Source: Phoronis australis
Lineage: Eukaryota > Animalia > Phoronida
Reading direction: 5' to 3'
NCBI GenBank assembly: GCA_002633005.1
Contig: NMRA01000104.1
Location: 742,841 to 806,840, forward strand
DNA length: 64,000 nucleotides
Position numbers and translations under genes: made by a program. The notes under the pieces are model-generated. The model was given only the letters and a program-made list of their open reading frames with translations. It had not been told where the DNA came from and ran no database searches. The first letter of the stretch is position 1, and each line of letters starts with the position of its first letter. Below are positions 42,001 through 54,000 of the stretch, piece after piece.

Positions 42001-45000
42001 CCTGCACCACCCTTTTTCCCGCCTCCTGAACTACCAAACTCTTCGGGCTCGTACAGGTCACTGTAGGCACCACCAGTTTTCTTAACACCTGTCAATCAAC
42101 AATAAGTATGACTAAAACCTAGTAACCACTCTTCATAATCCAGGCAAACCTAGAAGAAGTCAAGTCATTGTTTGATAATAATTAGTTAAATACAAAGCTG
42201 CACTTTTTGTGTTGTTTTATGGTCGCCTTAAAAAACCCATTGAGCAATGACTGTGTTAACATCACTATTCATGCTGCTGCACAAGCAGTGAACACCACCA
42301 TCTTACCTTTGCCTTGACCACCACTGCCTCCATGACCAGCTCCAGAGGCTGACAGACCACTGCTGTGACCACTGCCAGGATTAATGATTCCATGAAGACC
42401 TCGTCTGTATGAGCCATCACCATTACGACTTCCGCCGTCAGATACTTGATAGCCTAGGCCATCCGAGCCTAACCGGCCACCATCGTCAATTGTGATGTTG
42501 ACAGCATGGAAATAGAGGTGTGTTCCTCTGATGAGCCCCCCACCGTCAATCTGAGTGGTGATGGTGGTGAGGGAGATTCCGCGTTCTGTTACAGGATCTG
42601 TCAGCATGTGTATGTAACCATCGGTTTGGACATGCACGTGGTCAAAGTCATAATAAGTAGCAATATTGCCCAACGTACGGCCTTGTGTGTTCATCCACAG
42701 CTTCCCACCATGGTGCAAAGTCAGAGACTTTACATGCGCCAAGGTTCCATTCATGAATATTTCTACACCGTGCACTACAGTCTGAGAAGCAAGCCCCAAC
42801 AGACCCCCATCATAGACATGGACACTGAAGGGCAAGTCGATAAAATCTCTGCGCAGATCCATGGTTTGATTGTACCCCACATGGACAGAACCAGAGCGGT
42901 CACCGATCATGTTCTCGAAGAAGATGAAGGCAGCTCTGTCAGGGGGGTCTGTAAGAACTGCCAGCTGACCTTTACCATAGATTTGGAGCTCGTTAAAATG
43001 GTAACTTTGGTTGCCTGTGAAAGAAAAATCATTGAACAACTAATGCAAGGACACTTAATCTGATTAAGAGCCAGATAGACAGAGCAAAGTAAAAAAATGA
43101 ATCAGTTCTTTTTCGGCTTGGAAAAATTACATCTAATAAAAACACAGGAAAATTAGTTACCTTCAAAACTCGAGTCATAAACTGACCAACTTGAACTTTT
43201 ACTTGGAGTAAATGTTTTTTATAAATCTATATTCGTCCAGAGACAAGTTTTTTGGAAGACGTGACCTTGACATCCTTCTTACAACTGAATATCATATTAC
43301 AAAACTGACAGTCCACGAGTTAAAGTCTTGGCAGCCCCATAACAATTTTTGAGGTGGAATGTGCCCCAACAATATGAAAAAACAACAAAAAGCCAGAACT
43401 TGATGTATTCTCAGTGATATTTCTGTCCGCTGACAGGCTAAAACGCAGTATAACAATCTCTGTATGAGGTTTTGGAGTATTGCATTTCAGTCATGCCACT
43501 CGAACGTCAGATGTCGCTATTATTTTGTAATTTGACCAATCAGACGTCTGAAATCATAAACCAATGACAAAACTCAGAGTAGATCATATTCAGTGATCAT
43601 ATAATAAAACAAAATGACAGATCCTTCAGGCATACCAGACACATGGACCTCGGGAGGGCAGCACTGCTCTCCAAAGGACCACGACTTAATATCACATTCA
43701 GGATCAGTCCATTTTGTATAATGCAGTCTTCGGACCCCATGATTAATGGAAATTTTTAACTTGAAACCAACTGACGTACCAGTAAACCGATGCTCGCCGT
43801 GGTGTGGTAAGAACCAAGCCTTTCCCTCGTCCTGACTTATGTCGTGGTAGTCCTTCACCACCGTCTGTACACCAGCTGAGCCTCGGTCATTGTTGTTGAC
43901 AATTAATGTGCTGTGATTATAACCTGCAGACATACACCTGATTCAGTGAAGCCAGAATGTCACTACTGGTAAATAAGACAAAGTAACTAGGAATGTTTTA
44001 CTGTAACACTGGACAATGTGGTCATGGTGCAGAGCTTATGAACAAAGGAGACAGTATGGCTCAGTAGTTTGAGCTCTGGACATCCTTTTGGGAGACCTGG
44101 GTTCGAATCCTGGCTTCAATAGGCTGACAATCGAGCATTGCACAAGGGTGTCTCGTACTCCTCTTAGCTCAGTCTTACTAGTGAATGTATGCAACGAAGT
44201 GAATGAGAACTTGGATATAATGCGAAAACAATGTCTGGGTCTGCGCTCATGTTGTTAGCTCATGAACAGAAATAACTTTTCAAACCAAATAATATAATAA
44301 TGTTAAAAGAAAAGCAGTTTGTGTTTCCTGTCTCCCTACCCTCAATACTCTAAGACGGGTAGGCTGGGGGGATCTAACGCTAGATTTTTCCACTTCTCAT
44401 TGATACCTTCATCATAGTGCTAATATATGATGATTGTCCAAGAGAATAGACATAGTGAAGCTTAATTTTAAGCAAAGCTAAAGACTGGAAATAGCTCAGC
44501 ATTGTCACTCATGAAGTAAGTATTTAATACCAAATAACATTATCTTCTCACTTCTCAGACCAAGAACACACTTGCTCACCTGTATGGTAGAAGAACATTA
44601 GCCCTGGCCCACCCGCCCCTGCACTGGGCCCACCAAGACCTCCATAGGCATCAAATGACCCTGAGAAGGTTTTATTGGACATAAAGTAGACTGCAATACG
44701 ACCACCTGCACCACCACCGCCCCCTGGTGAGGACTTCGAGCCGTTACCACCTAGGACTTGAATCTTGCCATAACCCTATGAAAGGGAATACCATTACACA
44801 TGACACTAAACAAAGCACCTTATTAACGGTTTCAACAAAAGTCATTTCAACCCTTATAATTTAATTACAACACACTATAACTTAGCAATCATATTTCCAA
44901 TGTCACCACAAGCACAAGTGTAACCTTGGGCAGCAATAATGGGACAGTTATCAGCAGAAAGAGTAATTCACAATTTAAAACCGACACCGGTAGTAACAAA

Positions 45001-48000
45001 CTAAGTAAGTTGTTTTTATAGGAATTCACTGGTGGACAATGCATGGGCGGCGCAGCACTGAAAAAAGTGGGGCTATTGCCCCCCCAGGACCCTATTGCGC
45101 CACCCATGCAATGGGTAGAACTTCAACAATTTTGATAACAGAGGACAAGTATCTCTGCCATTCTTTGCCATTATTGCAAGAAAAAACATGCACAGAAATT
45201 TCTAATGAACACTGAGCTGGAATTGTCAAATATTTGACAACATGGGAGATTTCCCCTTTATTTGAAAATGTAAGGTGGACTTTCCTTTAAGCGTTGTATG
45301 ACTGACTGACCGTAGTACCTGCATGATGAATGTGTTGATGTATATACTACCACCACTTCCACCTCCTCCATACTTGGTCATAACATCTTCCCCATTGCAG
45401 GACACCTCACCATTAACTCTCATTGTGCCCTGTACCTGCAGCCTGATGGTGCCAGCCCCTCGCCCACCACCATATGACCCATAGCTGCCACCACGACAAC
45501 CCCGACTCTCTGGTTCAAATAAACTGCCGTAGGCCATACCGGTGCGCGCCTGGCTTCCACCACGCCCTCCTTTACCACCATGTCCCGCACCTGCAATAAA
45601 AGCACAGTCTAAAATGTGATGATGTTTGAGGTATCAATGTCACATCAAATAGCTGTCACTGAATTCACAATGGCTATAAACAGTCAAGAGAATGTAACAC
45701 CCTAGTGCAACCTCCTTATGACTGTGCTCCAGTACCTCACTGCTGGGGCTACTGCACTGTCCCACTGCTGACTAGTGCATTTTCACACTGCTGGCTAGTG
45801 CGCAGTCTCACTGCCAGATAGTGTGCTGCATCAATGCTGGCTAGTATACTGTTTCACTGCTGGCTAGTGCATTTTCTCACAGCAGGCTAATGCAATGTCT
45901 CACTGCCAGCTAGTGTGCTGCCTAAATGCTGGCTAGTACACTGTTTCACTGCTGGCTAGTGCAGTGTCTCACTACTGGGTAGTGCACTGTCTCACTGCTG
46001 GCTGCTGCACTGCCTCACCGGTGGCTAGTGCATTGCATAATTTCACCACCATAGTCCTATAAAACTAGTCTTAACTTACACCAAATATAAGCACATGGGA
46101 AGACCTGTTAAGCCACCATTACGGAGAAGTGAATTTTACAAGTCGCAATAATTGTCATCATAAGAATGAAAGCCATATTGCTTAAGTCCAATGGAAAATG
46201 AACTGGTTCATTGATCAAACACTAGGTGAAGTTAGTTTAAGATAACTTGCTTTAAATTAATATTTTGTTATTGCTACTGCTACCTATGCAGACACATGAG
46301 GCTTACCTGAGGCCCCCGGGCCACTGGTCCCACCCCCTTCACTGCATGTGACAGTGTGGTGATCACCCACAATACGACCCAAGTCATCCACAATCAAAGT
46401 GCTGGCAGTGATATTGACATGAACACTGTGGACCAGTCCACCACCTTTTACATGGAGTATATTAGCCTGAAAATAAGACACCTTGTGCGTCTATATGGGC
46501 ACAGTAGAAGTGTCAGCTGTTGATACAGAAGTCAAGGTCTTCAAACTGATGCAACTCTATACAGGACAATGTTTAAACACATCCACGCGGGATTTTAAAG
46601 CTCAAGCAAAAATGAGGACAGCTGTTCATAGCTGGGTGTTCATTGGTCAAAGTTGAAGACGGCTGTGTAGTGTTGGGTGCTTTGTGGTCAGAGGTTCAGA
46701 CAACTGTGTAGAGTTGCATGTTCTGTAGTCAGAGTTGAAAACGACTGTACAAAGTTGGGTTTTATGTGGCAAGAGGTGAAGACGATTGTGGAGAGTTGGG
46801 AGATCAGTGGTCAGAGATGCAGTATAGTTTTAAAAAGCACACATGAAGACTGAAGTTGCCAAATCATTGCCAAGCTTGTGTTCAGTTCTCCCCCTACAGT
46901 AATCCAACTCAAAGTTGGCCAGATGGCCTTAAACGTACTTCCTATTCAATTTCCCAGCTTTAAAACAGGGAACTGGATAGTGGAAGTTCTACTTTAAACA
47001 AACTAAATATTGTGTTTTAATGGGAGACATCGATCAGTGACCGTGTTAAATATACCTCAATGGTCATAGTCCTGTTAGCTTCATTCAAATCCTCCACCAT
47101 CTTCACTTCACCACCATCAGCCACAGTCAGTCTGTTGAAGACATACTGTCCCACCTTGAACACCTCATTAGCAGTTCTTGTTGTTCCTCGAGGACCCAGC
47201 ACCAACTTGCAGCCTGAATCTACTGTCACATTTGTGATAGCGAGTGTACCTCTAAAACCAATAATAGCATTGCCAATAAGATACATTAAAAGTTGTTCAA
47301 AAACTACAAAAGCCAGATGATTACTTAGTAGTTCATGCAATCACTCAATCTATAGTGAAGAGAAATTTCTTGGTTGAAGATAAGGTAAAAATTATTCAGT
47401 TAAGGACACAATAAATATGGCCATCAGGTGAAATTTCTTTCTGTCAAATTTCTCAACACAGATTTCAGTAAAATTCACTTCAATTGCTTTTAGCATGGTT
47501 TGCACACCATAGCTATTACCAAACAATATTTTACAAAATTTTCAGTGTTTGCAACAATATGGTAAACCTCTGAAAAATAGAAATAGTATACGTCCTTTTA
47601 AGGATTGTTTTGTCCCAAATTGAATAATGTTTACAGTTATCATCTTAAGTATGCCAATGACACAGCAGTGTCAGCTAGGTAACTCAGAACTTGCCATATT
47701 CTAACAAGTCTTAACTCAGTCCAGCATGAGAGGACACTTAGCAGTATTATACAAAAATGTAATTCTCACTCGATAGAAAACAGTAATGATGTGTGCTGAA
47801 ACCCAGGCCACAAGGTAATGGTTCAAACCGTCTCATACTAGCTACAACCTACCTGACTTCAACAGTGATACCTCTGCACAAGAATGAAGAGGGTAGAATG
47901 GCAGTAGCCCCCTCAGACACCAACAGGTTGGAGTATATTAGCTGGTCATCTGTTTTGTTGTTAGTGAACACTACCAAGGTCTGGTTGGGTAGTACATGGA

Positions 48001-51000
48001 TCCAGCCACTGGTGTCGCCAGTCACCTTGTGGGTGTTCAAAGCCACCTCATTGCTGCATACAATAAAAAAGTCAACTTCACAGTAACTTTGCAGAATTAT
48101 CAGTTTGATAATCAGGATAATTTTGATGGGGACATGGGTAATAATTTCACATTACATAACAGCACAATGTGAAATCATAACGCATCACTCCTATTTTTAT
48201 TGATTGATGAGACCAAGACGCATCCACGACAGCAACGCACACAGTACGCTGCTTCAAGTGTTTATTAGTTTCATTTAACATAATTTGGTCACCATGATAT
48301 CAAAGTTGAACACCCAGTGGTACTGCCAGGCAACCCAGTCATACACTTCATTGTCAAGGTCATCAAGAAATACTTTAAGTCATGTAGACAACAATCAATG
48401 GCGAAGGAGGTCATATGCTCATGCATCAGATGCTCATAAAACAGATGCTCATAAAACAGATGCTCATAAAACAGATGCTCATAAAACAGATGCTCATAAA
48501 ACAGATGCTCATAAAACAGGATGCAAATGGTTCTTACGTATATGGGGAGTAAAGTTGGGAGTAAAGTTGGAAGACCCTGTCTGAAAAGCACCTGGTGTCG
48601 GCGTGTTCCGAACAGATACAATTGTGTCAAATTTCTGAAAAATTGGTCCAGTGGGTTTCACCAAAAATTGACAGATCAGGAATTTTTTATTGAAAACTAA
48701 AACTGCCTACAGCGGATATCAGGGTGGTCAATCAAGTCTGCGAATTGACTGGCACCAGCACATTCCCAGCGTATACTTTTGCAACAAGTTACAGACTGGA
48801 TTCTGGTTATACACGTGTGACAATTTTTGGGGGGGCACATAAAAACAATCATATCTGCTGCATAATTAAGTAAACACAATGGAACGAGACCTAAGAGAAC
48901 ACTGCATGTTGAATATATTAATAATGTCTGAATAAGATTCATGTCTGAGAATAAACAACAAAGTACATAATTACTTCTAAGCTGTGCAAAAAGTTAGTTT
49001 GATTTAAAATTTCAACCAACCAACACAGGTTGATAATAACATACAGTGGGTCACCAAGGACAAAATTAGCTTGTCTCAGAATGCGTATCTCATCAAAGGT
49101 TGTCCTCCCAGCCAAGTTGCTCATCCCCAGCCACACTCTTCCACCATCCAAGTCAGCACCATCGCCTCTGATGACTGTTGTCAATGGAGCTTTGTTGTTG
49201 TTATCAAGTACTAGTGTTCTGTTCTGTTCTACACCAGTGGTTTTATGCTGCAAATAGTGACATAGAAATAATAAAATGGAAAAAATAAAACATGGCAATT
49301 TTAAAGTGTTCACAAACATGCCAAAACCAGTTTAATGTCATCCCTTTAAAAAGTCACCTGCATGTAGATGGTGCCAGCTCCGCCATTGGACAGTGTTCCT
49401 TGACCGCCCTCTGAAGTCAGCAATCCAAACCAACCATGCTGCTGCTGCCAAGTCAGTGCTATGCGACCACCAGAGCCTCCTCCCACAGTTGAAGTTCCAG
49501 AGCCACCATTTGTCTGAGGTAAAACGAACAATTGAAACTGTCAACTGAAGCCTTATTAAAGAGCAACAACATTAAGTCAGTCTAGCTTTTATATTAAAAA
49601 CCAAATATGAATGAATAATGTAAGGGACTTTTCTTTTAAGACACAGGATAAAGATAGAGCACCTGTATCTGGCCAAATCCTTCCAGTTGCCCAGTGTTGA
49701 TCCGTACACTGCCCCCACTTCCTCCTCCTTGCTTTCCATTGGCCGAAATCCGTCCATCAACTTTGAGATGCTTGGCAACTATGTCTAGGATACCACCACC
49801 TTAAAAGCATTAAGACAATGATCACAAACACAATATTGTCCTGATGGACCATCCAGGCAGGCAGGCATTTCTGGATGGTCAGTAAACCACAAGACCTTCA
49901 CTGTAAGAAAACCACGCTCTTCACTCGATTACCCTTTACTGTACTTTAATCTGACAGCCTTAAGATAAAGAGTTACCAGAAGAATTAAGACCCTTTATGT
50001 CATTGTTCACCTTTTTCGTGAACAGGAAATGAGCCGACATTTGAATTTTTCATAAAAACTTGAGAGTAACTATGTAATAACTTGCTCTTTTCCTCCCAAA
50101 AACCAAACTAGATTGCTGGGTGATTTGACAGTCTATCCAATACTCCCACTATCTGGTCAGATGTGATTACCATGTTTTATTACCCACACCTGGAGACCAG
50201 ACAAAGGTCTATTCAGATCAGTTATAATAGTGTGTCTAGTGTACACTCCCTGAACCTCCTAAGTTCACTTCATGGTCAAAATAGGATTAGGTGAATGGGC
50301 AAAGACATCTCTTATGGCACTTTACATCACCCATCCAGTGGTCTCCGCACACAAAAATTCAAGCAGGTCGCATTTACAACCACTTTGAAAAATTAGACAG
50401 TGTGCAGCATGTGCATATCAGAGAAAAAACACAAATGATGCTTTTTGTTCAAAATGAAAAAATCAATTGTGTCCCGTGCTATCTAAACAGGTCAGAGGTC
50501 AAGTCAAACGGGTCGCAGCAACCTGTTAAAACAGGTCATGGAGAATACTACCATCTTTCCAGAGATTATCATTTTCCCCATTACATTTTATTTTCAGTCT
50601 TGTTATCTGTACTTCCTTTTTGTCATACTAAATTACCATGATATTTTTCGAAGCTCCGTCTCCTTTTCATCTCTGGAAGCAAGATTGCCACGTACATTTT
50701 TTGATATGCCAATCATAAATACCTTTTAAAAGCAGAGGGAAATTTTTAAGTTATGGAATATCTGAGTAGTAGTGGATGTCACTATTTCCTATTTTCATTC
50801 ACTGGGAAATAAATCAGAGCATATTTTTATACCTGGTAACGAGACCAACTTTGGTTCTCCATAACATTACCTCACAGTGACCTTTGACACCAATTGAGCA
50901 AAATGGGAACAAGCTATTGTTATCAGACACAAACAGGGTGGTTAACTGAAAGATCTGTGATAACTGATATTTAGCTGTGTAGTACCAATGCTGTGTTGAT

Positions 51001-54000
51001 TGAAATAGGATAGCCTCTTCTCAACACAAGTACTGAAGGATGTGTGACTCAAATGTTGAAGGGTGTAAAAGAATTAAAACACTCAAGAGTGGTCTGAGTG
51101 CACCAATCCACTTACACAGCTGACTGGGTGACACTTGATGTAACTGCAACACACATAACTTACGCCCAGGACAGTTTCAAACCGATGATGCAACTTAAAC
51201 TCTTTGTAAAACAAAATGAAAGTTTGGACCTAGGATCCTAGTTTATGACAGAATGGTAAAAGTATGACATAAGACCAAACAAAAACAGAAGCTCTACAAC
51301 CATATAATCATGGCCAATCTAAAGTACAGTCCACACAGACCTACCCTAGAACAAGTTACTCCTGGAACGAGTTGTCGCTACAGTTTAGTGTTGTCTGGAC
51401 GCTATTTAAACAAGAGCAACGCGGAGCGATGAAATGCGCCCACGAATGCATTGCAAATGGTGTGCTTTTAGGATTATTAATTTGTATCGTAAAAATGGCT
51501 ACTAGATGGCGCAAAAACATACAATCCATCCAAAAACAGGAACATGCCATATTTCATAAAAATCTGTCAAGGAACTTCTAGAGAAACAAAGGAAAAGAGA
51601 ATAAAATGAAATTGCCACTAGTGGGCACAGTGTCCGTTGGATCCGCCTGAAAGTCGTCATCGTCTGTTGTTATCTTCATATAAATACACTTACTAAATTT
51701 AGTAAAGATCCTGCAGTGGGTTTTTATAGATACAACTATGGGCGTAAAACAAAACTACCACTAGGAGGCACCACAGTAGTCAGTCACCATCACCAAAGGT
51801 CGTCTTCACACTGAGAACATATAATATGCCAATTTTCAAATGATTTGGTTGATACAGTGGTGGACACCAAAAACAAGATTTGAAAACAGCAAAAATGGCC
51901 ACTAGGTGGTGCAAAATACCTCGATTCCATCCAAAAACAAGAAGATAGCGTCATCACACCAATAGATGCCTATATTTAAAATTTTATGAAAATCTGTTGA
52001 GGACCTTTGAAGATACTGAGTTAAACGTAAAAACTAAAATTGCCACTAGGGGGCACACCAGTAGTCAGATCTGTCCAAAAGTCGTCGTCGTCCGTTGTTA
52101 ACATCATATAAATAAACTTACTAAATTTCGAAAAGATCCTGAACGGTTTAGGAGATACAGCCATAGGCGCAAAAAAAAAAAAAACTGCCACTAGGAGNAC
52201 CACAACTTCAAAAAGGAGCTCTACTTAAAATAATTTTCGTACACGTACGTTGACAAACATCGTGGGTATCCCGGGGGTGTGCAGTCCGAAAATCAAGATA
52301 AGCTTACTTGCTCACCCTTCAGGAAGGTTTGGCCAGTAGAAAGAGACCTTTCATGAGGAAATACAATAAAAAGCCAACCTTCCGGGCCACCCCACTCCAC
52401 TTAATGAGGACGTCACAATTACTTTCTTGAGTCGCCGCGCGCGAACTCTGAAGGCCTCTCCGCTAACCGACAACGCAATCGATAAGTGGGTTGTCTGTAC
52501 GAACGTCCAAATTTCTGCCTTGTGAAAATTTTAACGCCTATGGGCGTATACATGGCACAATAGGCGACGAGCCTTTTGCAGTCCAATACGAGAGCGTTCA
52601 CATAGGCCTACCCGGAATCGCTTGTGGGTATTCATCGAATTCCCCCTTTTCACACGAACGTTCACTCGTAAGCTTACTCCCCCGCTTAGTCGTGGTTTTG
52701 CGCAACCATCCTATTAGTAATGGTCAAGTATGGTTACCACTTACTTGTAATTATAATCAATGTCCGTTAACACACGACCTTATTTGTTAGCTGATATTGG
52801 TTATGCAGTAGTGACATGGCTCTTTTCACAAATAGGCTCAATGGCATTTAAAAATTTGGAAAACAATCTACATAACAGATTATTACTATTTGATCCCAAT
52901 TTTGATTTTCTCTTTCTTTTCAGAGAATGGGTTTACAGTAAAAGAAATATCTGATTTCTATAATGTCAGTCCTCGTACCATCAATTACCGCTTACACGAA
53001 TTTGGATTTCCCGTTCATTCCAAATTTACAGACATCAGTGACGAGCTTTTGGACAATAAAGTTTTATATTATCTTCAATCTTTTCCTAATGCTGGTAAGT
53101 TTGAGAATTATCTTACTCTGAATAAACTTGCAGTTCCAACTGCTGCTCGGATAAGTTCATGTTGAGATGTTTCGGAGATATAGCCTTCACTCTTTGGAAC
53201 GTTTTTTTTTTTGAAACGGCTGATATTTTTAAGATTCATTTTCCTTCATCCGCTTTTTATTTCGTCTAGGTTATAATGCAGTCCATGGATACTTGAAGTC
53301 TACAGGCATAGTTGTCCAGAGGAGCAGGGTGAGAGACGTCATGCTGCGTGTTGACCCACATGGTAGACAGCTTAATGCTCTGCGACGACGTATAAGACGG
53401 AGGGTGTATAATGTTCCATCTCCAATGGCATTATGGCATATTGATGGTAACCATAAATTAATCAGGTGAGAAAACACTTTGTGAACACAAAATGAATAAG
53501 AAAAGCTATTCATTTTCATCCAATATACTTGTCAGAAGCAACGACTAAAATAAAAAAACGGAAACCGATCGCGACGGCACCGGCTCACTACCCTACACAC
53601 ACAATCTGAAACTTGTTAAATCTTCTTTTAGCCGCATGTTATTTACCGGAGTTGGTTGGTGAACTCAATATTTCTTCACGCTCTGGCTGTTTTATTTTTT
53701 TCCGGCAGCCAAACTATGATTATGGCANGGGTGTATAATGTTCCATCTCCAATGGCATTATGGCATATTGATGGTAACCATAAATTAATTAGGTGAGAAA
53801 ACACATTGTGAACACAAAAGAATAAGAAAAGCTATTCATTTTCATCCATTATACTTGTCAGAAGCAACGACTAAAATAAAAAACGGAAACGGATCGCGAC
53901 GGCACCGGCCCACCACCCTACACACACAATCTGAAACTTGTTAAATCTTCTTTTAGCCGCATGTTATTTACCGTAGTTGGTTGGTGAACTCAATATTTCT

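Noticed and set aside
44047-44125. tRNA gene (also 11364 and 56640)
   Set aside because: A and B boxes are present, but there is no convincing cloverleaf and each continues into a shared repeat body, so these are SINE heads.
45739-46037. CRISPR-like appearance of short repeats
   Set aside because: The repeats are head-to-tail with no unique spacers, there are no cas genes, and the context is a eukaryotic intron.
48285-48630. ORFs with DAHKT / EHLFY repeats
   Set aside because: These are translations of a 15-bp intronic minisatellite with no splice or homology support.
49155-49175. RGD tripeptide (VIRGDG) as an integrin site
   Set aside because: It was noticed once in a Gly-rich 6,000-aa protein and is not conserved in other units, so it is expected by chance.
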